Notes: a model not told the origin generated them from the sequence alone. A stretch of 64,000 bases of DNA from Promethearchaeota archaeon (GCA_048938855.1 JBHLLT010000001.1:32001-96000); one strand, 5' to 3'; shown: positions 1 through 9,796, numbered from the stretch's first letter. Translations and numbers: made by a program.

Positions 1-20
1 TAGATTTAAAGGTGTGTATT

Positions 21-221
21 ATGAGCAATTATGATGAGGAAGATTATGTATACTGTGAAAATTGCGAGGAAGAGATACTTCAAGAGGATGCAATTTATGT
101 AGGTGGAAAACCTTATTGCAAAAAGTGTTATCGTGAAGCTGAAGAGTCTGAGCTTATTGAAGATGCTGAAGATTTTGAGGATGAAGATGAAGATGATTAT
201 GATCAAGACGACTTTGATTAA
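21..221 (+). CDS. Small acidic zinc-finger protein (single treble-clef, half-LIM-like CxxC-x16-CxxC)
   Basis: CENCEEEI...GGKPYCKKCY followed by a D/E-rich tail; ATG at 21 preceded by GGTG at 11-14 (the ORF track starts at GTG 12). Confidence 0.7.
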   Translation: MSNYDEEDYVYCENCEEEILQEDAIYVGGKPYCKKCYREAEESELIEDAEDFEDEDEDDYDQDDFD

Positions 222-265
222 ATATTATTGAAAAATTAAGAAAAAACTCCAATGATATTATAAAA

Positions 266-742
266 ATGTCAGACACTAGGCAAGAAATTGAACCATATGA
301 CTATATTGAACATTTTAAGAGAAACACAGCGTTACTAGTCTCAATGGATAAAATTGGAAAACTTAATGTTATGGCATTAGACTGGAAAACAATAGAAAAT
401 TTTGAGGGTAATCCTGTAATTAGAGCACAAGTTGCTTATAGTCGATATACATACAAACTATTAACTGAAGGAGTCAATGAGTTTACGATAAATATACCTT
501 CAGATAAAATCTCTCATGCTGTAGACATATCAGGCTCTTATTCTGGAAGAAATATAGATAAATTTAAAGAAGCAGGAATAGAAATCATTCCTGGAAATAA
601 ATCACAAGTACCTACCATAAAAGACTCTGATTTAAGCTATGAATGTAAAATTGTTCATACAAGCAAATCAAATATAAGTAGTCATCATTATTTTTATGGG
701 AAGATACTAGCTGCGTATGCTTCAAATAATATAAGGAAGTAA
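266..742 (+). CDS. Flavin reductase-like (FMN-binding split barrel) protein
   Basis: NVMALDW, SRYT, EFTINIP, GSYSGRNIDKF, YECK and HHYFYGKI motifs typical of the family. Confidence 0.85.
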   Translation: MSDTRQEIEPYDYIEHFKRNTALLVSMDKIGKLNVMALDWKTIENFEGNPVIRAQVAYSRYTYKLLTEGVNEFTINIPSDKISHAVDISGSYSGRNIDKFKEAGIEIIPGNKSQVPTIKDSDLSYECKIVHTSKSNISSHHYFYGKILAAYASNNIRK

Positions 743-855
743 TTTTTTTATCTATTTAATTCAAAACCAATCATCGGAGTTTTTCATAAATTAATTTTAT
801 AAAGTCTAAAATATTCAAAAAATTAGAGTTTAATAATTGAAGGCGGTAAAAAACT

Positions 856-1440
856 TTGAAAAATGAACAACCAACATTATCAGATAATTATAAAGGGCGT
901 CTTACACCTAGATTAATTATATCCTTATCATTAATAGGAGTATTTTCTGCGCTTATTTGCGTATTAACTATGGTAATTTCAATTCCAATTCCTGCTACTC
1001 AAGGTTTCATTAATATTGGAGATGCAGGAGTAATGATTTGTGGTTTATTATTCGGTCCTATAATAGGTAGTTTTTCTGGAGGTATCGGTTCAGCTTTAGC
1101 AGATATTTTTTTAGGCTATACAATATATGCCCCTGGAACATTAATAATTAAAGGTTTAGAAGGCTTTTTAGTGGGATTTATAGCAAATCCCAAAAAATAT
1201 TATGAAAAAATAAATTATCGAGACATCTTAGCTGTTATAGCTGGTGGTGTTTTAATGGCCATCGGATATTTTCTTTATGAAATTATCATTTACGGGATAG
1301 CTGCAGCATCATATGAATTAATTCTGAATGGTATAATTCAATTTGGTTTAGGGGGATTGATAGCGCTTACATTTATTGCAGCAGCACGCAAACCTATAGT
1401 AAATAACTTACCACAAGTTTTTGATAAAGTTTTCAAATAA
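856..1440 (+). CDS. ECF transporter S component
   Basis: Multi-TM protein with IPIPATQGFINIGD, GGIGSALADIFLGY and APGTLIIKGLEG motifs. Confidence 0.9.
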   Translation: MKNEQPTLSDNYKGRLTPRLIISLSLIGVFSALICVLTMVISIPIPATQGFINIGDAGVMICGLLFGPIIGSFSGGIGSALADIFLGYTIYAPGTLIIKGLEGFLVGFIANPKKYYEKINYRDILAVIAGGVLMAIGYFLYEIIIYGIAAASYELILNGIIQFGLGGLIALTFIAAARKPIVNNLPQVFDKVFK

Positions 1441-1483
1441 GAATAGAATTAAACTGATACAATATTCTTTTTAAGAAATATTT

Positions 1484-1639
1484 TCAATCAGATTTACAAT
1501 ATTCGCATATCAATTCTTCATAATCTTCCCAATCGTCTCGGTAAATCTTAATTTTACCTGTATCATTACAAAATTTACAATTGTAGTCTGCACTTAGGAA
1601 AATTTCTTTTTTGACTATATTAATCATATTTCTATCCAT
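1484..1639 (-). CDS. Small zinc-binding protein (51 aa, CxxCxxxG...CxxC), not in ORF track
   Basis: Manual translation MDRNMINIVKKEIFLSADYNCKFCNDTGKIKIYRDDWEDYEELICEYCKSD*; fills an otherwise empty gap; same strand as the adjacent upstream CxxCxGxG-repeat gene. Confidence 0.6.
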   Translation of the reverse strand: MDRNMINIVKKEIFLSADYNCKFCNDTGKIKIYRDDWEDYEELICEYCKSD

Positions 1640-1800
1640 ACTCTAACTCAATTAAATAAAAATTTCCAATAAAGAAGTAAAATCCAGTTATTTATAACTT
1701 TATGTTTGGAAAAGAAATCTGTTAAAATATTGTGAGAGATTTAAAAGGAAAATAATAATACACTGTGTAATAATTTATCAGAAAATAAAGAAAAAGAGAC

Positions 1801-2760
1801 TTAGAAATTAGAATATACCATAAATTTATCTCCAGACCCCAAACTGTAAAGTTCGAATTTGCTACCGCGCTTAGTTTCACAGAACATTTGAATCATTGGG
1901 AATAAGTAGATTTGAGAAGTAATTTGTGAATCTTTATCTTTACTATAACTTCTATAATCATTACTTGCAGCTCCAATCGTCTTTTTAATATTTTTATTCC
2001 AATATCCTAATGAGGGTTCCGCTTTAGATTCTAAATCTTTAAAATCGCTAAATTTAATACCCTCAACTTCTTCAATCATCTTATGGAGATCTTCTCCAAT
2101 TTCTTTCTCATACTTTGTTTGAGCACTTGAATGAAGAATAGGTACACCTGTAACAACTGTTTGAAAAGGTACAGGAAGGTCTTCATACTTGTACAGATTT
2201 TTATACCCTCCACATTCTTTACATGGTTCAATTCTGTTTCCAGTACCATAACAAGCACCGCATGGATAAGAAAATACTTTTTTTTCTTTATTCTGCTCTT
2301 GATCAACTAATATAATGAGATTTTCTTCAATTTTACCAGTACCTTTGCACGTTTTGCACTTATTTTCCATATATCCTTTACCTCTACAATTTTTGCAAGG
2401 GACTGCTTGTAATGACTCATATTGAGGGACAATCTCATCTCCCTTCCATTCATCTTTATTTATCTTTCCTACTCCTTTAAATGAATAGAATTGAACTCTT
2501 CCTACTTTAGGGGCAGTTATAGTAGATTCTTCTTTTCCTTTTGGAGCAGGACCGAGGGATTTTTTAACAGCAAAATAAATTGCTGCTTCTTTATTAGTAT
2601 CTTTTACATATTCAGCTGCACTAATAGCATCTAATGTAAAAACCGCTCCTTTTGTGCCAAATTGTTTTTCCATCTTTTTACGATCTGTTCTAGCCGCTTT
2701 TTGTTTCCATTTCTCAAAAATATCGTCTAAATTTGGTGTTTTTATTCTGACATCAGGCAA
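1801..2760 (-). CDS. DnaJ-type CxxCxGxG zinc-finger repeat protein, SSUH2-like, no J-domain
   Basis: CKNCRGKG, CKTCKGTG, CGACYGTG, CKECGG; no HPD motif; C-terminal QIYLFP...FELYSLG...VY segment. Confidence 0.7.
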   Translation of the reverse strand: MPDVRIKTPNLDDIFEKWKQKAARTDRKKMEKQFGTKGAVFTLDAISAAEYVKDTNKEAAIYFAVKKSLGPAPKGKEESTITAPKVGRVQFYSFKGVGKINKDEWKGDEIVPQYESLQAVPCKNCRGKGYMENKCKTCKGTGKIEENLIILVDQEQNKEKKVFSYPCGACYGTGNRIEPCKECGGYKNLYKYEDLPVPFQTVVTGVPILHSSAQTKYEKEIGEDLHKMIEEVEGIKFSDFKDLESKAEPSLGYWNKNIKKTIGAASNDYRSYSKDKDSQITSQIYLFPMIQMFCETKRGSKFELYSLGSGDKFMVYSNF

Positions 2761-2906
2761 AATTATTCACTTTATTTTTTTAAAAATTTCATTAAGTTTA
2801 TTTAATAGATTTAGAATTATAAAAATATAAAATAGAATAATTTATAATCTTTATATACAAGAAAATTAAAAATAAATACAAAAATAACAAAAAAGTAGAA
2901 TATAAT

Positions 2907-3068
2907 ATGTCTGCTGAAGAACGTCAGTCTGTTGAATATTTCTTACAATGGATACAACAAGGGGGATTGTCAGATTGGATTACCCATTTTATAAATCAAG
3001 GCGATGAAACAAAACTTAGACAAATTAAGGAAGTTTATGATAAAATAAAGCGCGTTTTTGGTTTTTAA
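2907..3068 (+). CDS. Small hypothetical helical protein (53 aa), not in ORF track
   Basis: Manual translation MSAEERQSVEYFLQWIQQGGLSDWITHFINQGDETKLRQIKEVYDKIKRVFGF*; locally higher GC than flanks; T-rich tract downstream. Confidence 0.6.
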   Translation: MSAEERQSVEYFLQWIQQGGLSDWITHFINQGDETKLRQIKEVYDKIKRVFGF

Positions 3069-3191
3069 TTTCAAATTTATTTTTATTATCTAATCTTACA
3101 TCCAATTTTACTTATTTCCATTTCAAATTAGAAAATTTGATTTGGAATTTTTCATTTACATTATTTAGTTAAAACTTGAATGGTATCCTAA

Positions 3192-5858
3192 TTGAGTCTC
3201 CCTTTAAGAAATTTCTTTATTATTTTTGATAGAAATCGTGATCATAAGAAAGATTTGATATTTAACGTTAACTTCTTTTATCTAAAATCATTTAAGAAGA
3301 AGAAATTTACATTTACATATGTAAAAGAACCATTTTTTAAGGGGAGCGTAATTTTAGGATCAGATTTCAAAAATAAAATTCGTCCTCTAAGTTTTAATAA
3401 AACTGAAAAAGATGGACATCAACAGCCAATTAATCCAAGATTGTTAAAAAAGTTTATATTATCTGATAAAAACAAATTTATTGCTTTTTCAAGTCAAACT
3501 CCTTCTCAAGATGTTTCATCAATTATGGAGATGCTAAGTAATTTTCAATATGACACATCTAAGATTATAAATTTAACCTTATGCAATTCTTGTATGGAAA
3601 AACATACATTTACATTAATAAATGAAAATTTTCAAATTAAATCTTATAAAGACCAAATTATTTGTTCAGAATGCGCATATGAGATTATATTGAATAGAAT
3701 TAAGCTTACAGGGCTTATTTCTCAGGAAAAGATTAGTCCTAAATTAAAGAATTTTTTAATGCATTTAATCCTCAAATTTAGAGATGTCAGAAAAGTTCTA
3801 GAAGCGTTTAAAGCAGATTTTGATCCTACAAAATCAAAGGATATCACTCTATATGACATTGAGAAAACTCCATCAATTAGTAAAAAATTTCTTAATCAAA
3901 AGATAAGTAGCTTAAGTATTCCAGTCAATTTTAAAGAGATATTAAAAAATTTAAAATTAATTAATCTATTACCCATTCAAGCAATTTCTATTGAAAAGGG
4001 TTTATTATCAGATCGTAGTAATCAATTGATTATGGCCCCTACGAGCGGAGGCAAGACTTTGGTAGGAGAATTAGCTGGAATCTCACATGTTTTAAAAGAT
4101 AAAGCTGCTAAAATGTTGTATTTAGTACCAATTGTAGCTTTAGCTAATATTAGGACAGAAGAATTTAAGGAGAAATATAAACCACTGAAGCTAAAAATCA
4201 TTAAAAAAGTTGGAGAATCATTATTTGAGAAAAAAGAAGATAAAAATAATAAAGAGTTAACGGATGCTCATATTATAATTGCCACATATGAAGCAATTGA
4301 TTTTATTTTAAGAAGTGGGAAAAGAGAACTTTTAGGAAATATTGGTACTATTATAATTGATGAAATTCAAACATTAATTGATCCTGAGAGAGGATTTATA
4401 CTAGATGGTTTAATAGCAAGATTAAAAACCCAATATAATTCTCAATTTCTATATTTAAGTGCTACATTAGGAGAACCCGAATTTTTAGCTAAAAGACTTA
4501 ACTGTAAATTGATAAAATATAATGATCGTCCTGTTCCAGTTGAACGTCATTTATTGCTTTCTTTAAGTGAAGCACAGAAACTTAAATTTATCTCATTATT
4601 AATGAAGAATGCTTATTCCACAAAATCTAAGTACGGATTTAAAGGTCAATCAATAGTTTTTACTAATACCCGAAAAAAGTGTGAATCAATTACATTTTAT
4701 TTACAACAACGTGGACTTAATGCTGCTGCTTATCATTCAGGTTTAACAAATGAAGAAAGAAAAATTATTGAAGAAGATTTTCAATCACAGAAACTAGTAG
4801 GAGTAGTAGCCACTGCAGCATTGGCAGCAGGTGTAGATCTTCCAGCTCGACAGGTAATTTTTGAATCTTTAGCAATGGGTATAAATTGGTTAACTGTTGC
4901 AGAATTTGAACAGATGCTAGGGCGTAGTGGTAGATTAAAAAAACATGAAAAAGGTTTAGCCTATCTCCTTGTTGAACCTGGAAAGATATATTCACCTAAA
5001 ATGAAGATTACTGAAGAAAATATCGCAATAAAACTTTTGAATGGAAAAATTAAAGATTATGAACTTATACCTGATATGGACAAGTCCCAAACTGAAATAT
5101 TAGCATTTATTTCAATGTTCAATCAAAGAATACCAAAGGATACCGTATATAGCTTTTATAATCTTTTAATAAATAATCATTTTGATTTGGAAGAAGTTCT
5201 AAAGAAATTAATTTCTCTTAATCTGATTCGCATAAAAGAAGATTTAACTATTAAAACAACACGAATAGGAAGAGCAATTGCAAATTCGTTTATTAGTGTT
5301 GATGGTAGTATTGAAATTATTAGGAAATTACAGAATAAGCTAGAGACACCTATGGAAATTGCCTTAAATTTAGAAACTCTCAGAAATGTATATTTATCTA
5401 AAAACATCGTTGCAGATTTATCTAAAAATGTTAATATGAAATATTTCTCAAATAATTTATTTAGCGCTAGTGTTTTATCGTTGATGAATGCAGAGTATGT
5501 AAAAAAGAGAAAATCATTTTCACGTGATTTTATTGATTTTATTATGAAGCTAACAGGCGAAGTATTCAATTGTAATTGTAAAGATAACCCGTATTGTGAA
5601 TGCGGTCGTTTAAACCTAGAAAAACTAATCCTAAATTTAAGAATAAATAGTAATATGACAATAGAAGAGATATCTAACTATTTGATGGAAGAATATAAAA
5701 TTATGATTTTTAAGGGAGATCTCATTGATTATTTAGAAAGTTTGATTTATAGTTTAGAAAGTATAAAAAATATAGCAGAAGGCATTTCCAATTTAGATGA
5801 AACATTCAACAAAGAAATAAAAGAGATACCTCACTTAATAGAGAGCATAAAATACTAA
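3192..5858 (+). CDS. Archaea-specific superfamily II DEAD/DEAH helicase (ASH-Ski2/COG1202-like)
   Basis: APTSGGKT, DEIQ, LSAT, YHSGL, TAALAAGVDLPA, QMLGRSGR; N-terminal CxxC..CxxC and C-terminal CNCKDNPYCECG. Confidence 0.9.
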   Translation: MSLPLRNFFIIFDRNRDHKKDLIFNVNFFYLKSFKKKKFTFTYVKEPFFKGSVILGSDFKNKIRPLSFNKTEKDGHQQPINPRLLKKFILSDKNKFIAFSSQTPSQDVSSIMEMLSNFQYDTSKIINLTLCNSCMEKHTFTLINENFQIKSYKDQIICSECAYEIILNRIKLTGLISQEKISPKLKNFLMHLILKFRDVRKVLEAFKADFDPTKSKDITLYDIEKTPSISKKFLNQKISSLSIPVNFKEILKNLKLINLLPIQAISIEKGLLSDRSNQLIMAPTSGGKTLVGELAGISHVLKDKAAKMLYLVPIVALANIRTEEFKEKYKPLKLKIIKKVGESLFEKKEDKNNKELTDAHIIIATYEAIDFILRSGKRELLGNIGTIIIDEIQTLIDPERGFILDGLIARLKTQYNSQFLYLSATLGEPEFLAKRLNCKLIKYNDRPVPVERHLLLSLSEAQKLKFISLLMKNAYSTKSKYGFKGQSIVFTNTRKKCESITFYLQQRGLNAAAYHSGLTNEERKIIEEDFQSQKLVGVVATAALAAGVDLPARQVIFESLAMGINWLTVAEFEQMLGRSGRLKKHEKGLAYLLVEPGKIYSPKMKITEENIAIKLLNGKIKDYELIPDMDKSQTEILAFISMFNQRIPKDTVYSFYNLLINNHFDLEEVLKKLISLNLIRIKEDLTIKTTRIGRAIANSFISVDGSIEIIRKLQNKLETPMEIALNLETLRNVYLSKNIVADLSKNVNMKYFSNNLFSASVLSLMNAEYVKKRKSFSRDFIDFIMKLTGEVFNCNCKDNPYCECGRLNLEKLILNLRINSNMTIEEISNYLMEEYKIMIFKGDLIDYLESLIYSLESIKNIAEGISNLDETFNKEIKEIPHLIESIKY

Positions 5859-7048
5859 GTTATATGTATTTCTATTACATCATAATCTTCCAAATTATAA
5901 TCTGAGCCAACTTTTTTGCGTTTCTGACGTGCTCCTTCACGTATTACTATAGCATGATCAAAATTCTCATAAAAACTTCTGTGAATTTTTTCGGCGACTT
6001 CCTTTACTGTAACACCTTCTTCCATAAGGAGAGGTTGATTAGCAACTATTCCATTACTCATGGTAAATATCCTTATCTTCTTTAAAACTTTTAAGATAAT
6101 TTCACCAAAATCTTTTGGGAAATTATCTTTATAGATACTAGTTCCTAGAATTATGGGAAATCTATCAGAATATTTCCTTTTTAAGATTTCAAAAGTCTCT
6201 TGAGTATGAGGAAGATCTCCTTTTGTACCAATTAGGATTACTTTCTTATATACAATTGAAGGGATTAAAGCATCTATAATATCATCAATAGTTATTTTAC
6301 CATATACCTTAACAATTCCATTACGAATTCCATTTTCGGTTACTATTTCTTTTATTTGTTCTGTTAAGTTGTCTAAATCCTTTATTTTCTTTGCTTTTTT
6401 AGTTAAATATAACACTTGAATCTTATTAGCACCAGTTTTTTCGATAGTTAGCGGGGGGGCGGTCTGGTTTATCCTAATTTCAGCTTTTGTTAATTCAGTT
6501 ATTAAAAGATCCATCTGTTCATTTATATTCCTTGATAAGTCAATACAAAAACATAAGAGATCTGCTGCTCTAAGTTGCGAAAGAATCTCTTTTCCATTAC
6601 CAATACCTTCCGAAGCACCTTCCATTATAGAGGGCATATCTACAATTTGAAATCTAATACTTTGATATTTATAGATTCCAATTTCTGGAATCGGGGTAAA
6701 TTTACCAATTTTTTCTTCTGCTGCACCTGTTAAATAATTTAAAAGTGTAGTTTTTCCTGCACCAGGAATATAGAAACTACTGATCAATATTATTTGGAGT
6801 CCTTCTTTTTTTATAGAGAAAGGGCTCACAATTTTTTGAGTGCTTTTCTGTTTTTGTCTGTGCTCCTCGACTTCCCGTTTCATCTTAGCTAAACGAGATT
6901 TATTGAGTGCTACAATTTTTTCTGTAGCTTTATGCTTAGGAACAAGTGATAAGAACTCTTCTAATTTCTTAATTTTTTCTTCTTTAGAACCAGCATCAAG
7001 ATATTCTTGATATTTTGCTTTTGCAGCAGGTGGTAAATTTGAGCTCAA
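5855..7048 (-). CDS. DRG/OBG-family GTPase with C-terminal TGS domain
   Basis: PKHKATEK N-terminal motif, PGAGKTT, QIVDMPSIMEGA, TKGD; TGS segment TVKEVAEKIH...DVIEIH. Confidence 0.9.
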   Translation of the reverse strand: MSSNLPPAAKAKYQEYLDAGSKEEKIKKLEEFLSLVPKHKATEKIVALNKSRLAKMKREVEEHRQKQKSTQKIVSPFSIKKEGLQIILISSFYIPGAGKTTLLNYLTGAAEEKIGKFTPIPEIGIYKYQSIRFQIVDMPSIMEGASEGIGNGKEILSQLRAADLLCFCIDLSRNINEQMDLLITELTKAEIRINQTAPPLTIEKTGANKIQVLYLTKKAKKIKDLDNLTEQIKEIVTENGIRNGIVKVYGKITIDDIIDALIPSIVYKKVILIGTKGDLPHTQETFEILKRKYSDRFPIILGTSIYKDNFPKDFGEIILKVLKKIRIFTMSNGIVANQPLLMEEGVTVKEVAEKIHRSFYENFDHAIVIREGARQKRKKVGSDYNLEDYDVIEIHIT

Positions 7049-7068
7049 AAGAAAACACTTATTAATAA

Positions 7069-7524
7069 TTAAAATAAAGATCGAAATCTATCTTCTGTTT
7101 TTAATCTTAAATCTCCTAATACTTCATTAACCCGGGATTCAAATTGCTTGAAATATTTAGGTTTTTTTGAAAATATATCATTAAGGGGATAACGGTTTAA
7201 GAAATAGGTAATTATTTGATTTAACTGGCGTTTAACTACATTTGCATCTGTTTCTTTTTCTATTATTGCATAGGTTAATAAAGGCTGTTTATCAGAATTA
7301 TCTTCGCTTGGTAGTGTAATCATCTCACAAAAACAGACCAACTTAAAGCTTGCCAGACTAATTACATTTATGTCATCACCAAAAACTTCCGACGTGAATT
7401 GCTCTAACGCTGTAAGGAAACCAGCACGTAAATTTGGATCCAAAACATCATCTGAGGATGAATAATATTTAATCTCAACTAAGTTTCGCATACCTAAATT
7501 TATTCCTACTTCAAGAACGGCCAT
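7069..7524 (-). CDS. Stand-alone longin-like domain protein
   Basis: DPNLRAGFLTALEQF helix motif in a beta-beta-alpha-beta-beta-beta-alpha-alpha pattern, shared with two other proteins in the window. Confidence 0.6.
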   Translation of the reverse strand: MAVLEVGINLGMRNLVEIKYYSSSDDVLDPNLRAGFLTALEQFTSEVFGDDINVISLASFKLVCFCEMITLPSEDNSDKQPLLTYAIIEKETDANVVKRQLNQIITYFLNRYPLNDIFSKKPKYFKQFESRVNEVLGDLRLKTEDRFRSLF

Positions 7525-7734
7525 TTTAAAAAAAGATATCTTTTTACAATCTCAATTGTCAAGTTTTATAATATAAATTATAATTTTTATTTCTATTTTT
7601 TTTTTAACTCTTTATTTAATTTAATTTTAATTGTTATTTAAAAGGATAAAGAGTTTTATTGATTTATTTTTTTGGATTATCCTATTGTAACATATAAATT
7701 TTATTCTAATTTAAAAGATTAATTTATAGAAATA

Positions 7735-8598
7735 TTAAATTTGCTTAATCTGTTTCTCATAAAGAAAAAAGGTATTTTCACAAAGCATTGCTACAGTCAT
7801 TGGTCCTATTCCTCCAGGAACAGGCGTTATTTTCCCACACTTATCATAGACTCCTTCAAAATCGATATCTCCATATATTTTCCCTTCAATTCTGTTTATA
7901 CCTACATCAATGAGAATTGCTCCATCTTTGATTTTTTCTTTAGTTATGAATTTTGGTTTTCCAACACCAACAATTACTATATCTGCTTTTCTGATATAGC
8001 TATCAATATCCTTTGTGGAAGTATGACAAATTGTAACAGTAGCATTTCTTTTCAATAGCATGAATATCAGAGGTTTACCAACTAAATTGGAACGATTAAT
8101 AATAACAACATCTTTTCCCTTCAGTGTAATATTATTGCTTTCTAGTAATTTTATTATCCCTTTCGGAGTACAAGGCCCTTGATCCTCAATATAATCAAAA
8201 AGCTTTCCTCTCGTAACAGGATGTAAGCCATCTGCATCTTTTAATGGTGAAATTTTATCAATAAATTCCGCAGTAAAATTTCTTAAGTGTTCTGGAAGAG
8301 GTATTTGTAGTAAAATTCCATGAATGCTACTATCGTTATTAACTTTTTCGATCTCTTCTAATAATTGCTCCCTCGAAATATTCTCATTTAACTCTATTTC
8401 AACAGAATCGATGCCTACACTTTGACAGGTTCTATGTTTAATATTTACATAAATTTTAGATGCAGGGTCTTTTCCTACAAGAATCGTTGCCAACTTTGGT
8501 CTAATGCCTGTCATATCTACTGCTTTTTTGATTTTAATCTTCAAATCTGCATTTAATTTTTCTGCTAACTTTTTTCCATCTAAAATTTTGGTATTCAT
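7735..8598 (-). CDS. folD: Bifunctional methylenetetrahydrofolate dehydrogenase/cyclohydrolase
   Basis: ILDGK, YVNIK, GILLQIPLP, KDADG, PCTPKG, RSNLVGKP, DVGIN, TPVPGGIGPMT. Confidence 0.97.
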   Translation of the reverse strand: MNTKILDGKKLAEKLNADLKIKIKKAVDMTGIRPKLATILVGKDPASKIYVNIKHRTCQSVGIDSVEIELNENISREQLLEEIEKVNNDSSIHGILLQIPLPEHLRNFTAEFIDKISPLKDADGLHPVTRGKLFDYIEDQGPCTPKGIIKLLESNNITLKGKDVVIINRSNLVGKPLIFMLLKRNATVTICHTSTKDIDSYIRKADIVIVGVGKPKFITKEKIKDGAILIDVGINRIEGKIYGDIDFEGVYDKCGKITPVPGGIGPMTVAMLCENTFFLYEKQIKQI

Positions 8599-8686
8599 GA
8601 TTATTCTTGGTTATACTAGAATTTGAATCTAAAAAAAGTAATTATATTAATAGCAAAATAAATTGTCCTTTTTTAAAGTAAATTCC

Positions 8687-9796
8687 TTAAATTCTTCTTC
8701 TTTTCCAAAGAAAGACAACTATTGCGATAATTAATCCGATAGAACCTAGAACGACCCCCAAAATCAAATAGTTAAACTCAACCATCCATATTTCATCATT
8801 TAGAAAAGATAATTTTTGTAATGTATTTAGAGTTTCAAATCCGTGGTAAGAAGAAGTTACTGAAGAAATTATTGATTGATCTTCTTGAAAAGTCTCTGTA
8901 AATCCACCATCCTCGAAGTTTTGATGCTTTAAAACCCATGAAACTATTTTTTGAGTGTCTAACGCCTCACTATTGATTAAAGAAATTGCTTTTACACAAT
9001 AATATGTACTACTTAATAATGCATTTGATGCTAATTCAGAAGGGAGAAATCCTCCATAATTGTCAAGATCTGCGGAAACATTGACATAAAAAGATTTGAG
9101 GTATTCCAATGTTTTATTAATATCAACAAGATCATTAATATCTCCAAATCTTTCATCGGCAAGAATAAATGCGGCAATACTTGTATCAAAAAAGGTTGAT
9201 GATAGTGTTTGATTTCCTCCATATCCACCATCTGTATTATTACATGAAAGAACCCAATTTTTATGAGTTGATACATTTGCAATCGGTTTATCTATTAATG
9301 AGTAGATTTGAATTGCATAATATGTGCAAGTAAGGCTCGATAAATGGGTAGTATTTGAAAAGGAAAAACCACCTGCAGGTTGTGCTGTTTCATTTAGAAA
9401 TTCATAAATTTTAGTTGTGAGAACTGATGTAATAGTGAACTCTAATAAGTTCAATGATTTCAATAGGTAATATATGTTATAAATATTTACTACAGTGCTA
9501 TCAAACATATCTTTAATTCTTTCTTCCAATTCAGTACCTATGGAGGTAAAATCATGTAGATTTGTTCCCATATCATTCAAAATGCTTAGTGCATAAGCTG
9601 TTGCTTCAAGAGAAACTAGTTCTTCCCCACCCTCACCACTAATAACATTAGAAAAGCCTTCTCCTTCGATTTCAGTATTTAATATGAAATCCCTTAAATA
9701 TGAATGTCGAGTTTTTCCTAATACGCTCGGAATTGCATTTATTGTTAAAATTATTGCGAAAGTAATGATGATAAATTTCCGATATTTATGTTTCAA
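8687..9796 (-). CDS. Secreted, membrane-anchored prenyltransferase/squalene-oxidase-repeat (alpha/alpha barrel) protein
   Basis: N-terminal signal-like segment; repeats QPAGGF, DGGYGG, YGGF, EDGGF each followed by TYY-type helices; C-terminal TM helix + WKRRRI. Confidence 0.75.
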   Translation of the reverse strand: MKHKYRKFIIITFAIILTINAIPSVLGKTRHSYLRDFILNTEIEGEGFSNVISGEGGEELVSLEATAYALSILNDMGTNLHDFTSIGTELEERIKDMFDSTVVNIYNIYYLLKSLNLLEFTITSVLTTKIYEFLNETAQPAGGFSFSNTTHLSSLTCTYYAIQIYSLIDKPIANVSTHKNWVLSCNNTDGGYGGNQTLSSTFFDTSIAAFILADERFGDINDLVDINKTLEYLKSFYVNVSADLDNYGGFLPSELASNALLSSTYYCVKAISLINSEALDTQKIVSWVLKHQNFEDGGFTETFQEDQSIISSVTSSYHGFETLNTLQKLSFLNDEIWMVEFNYLILGVVLGSIGLIIAIVVFLWKRRRI

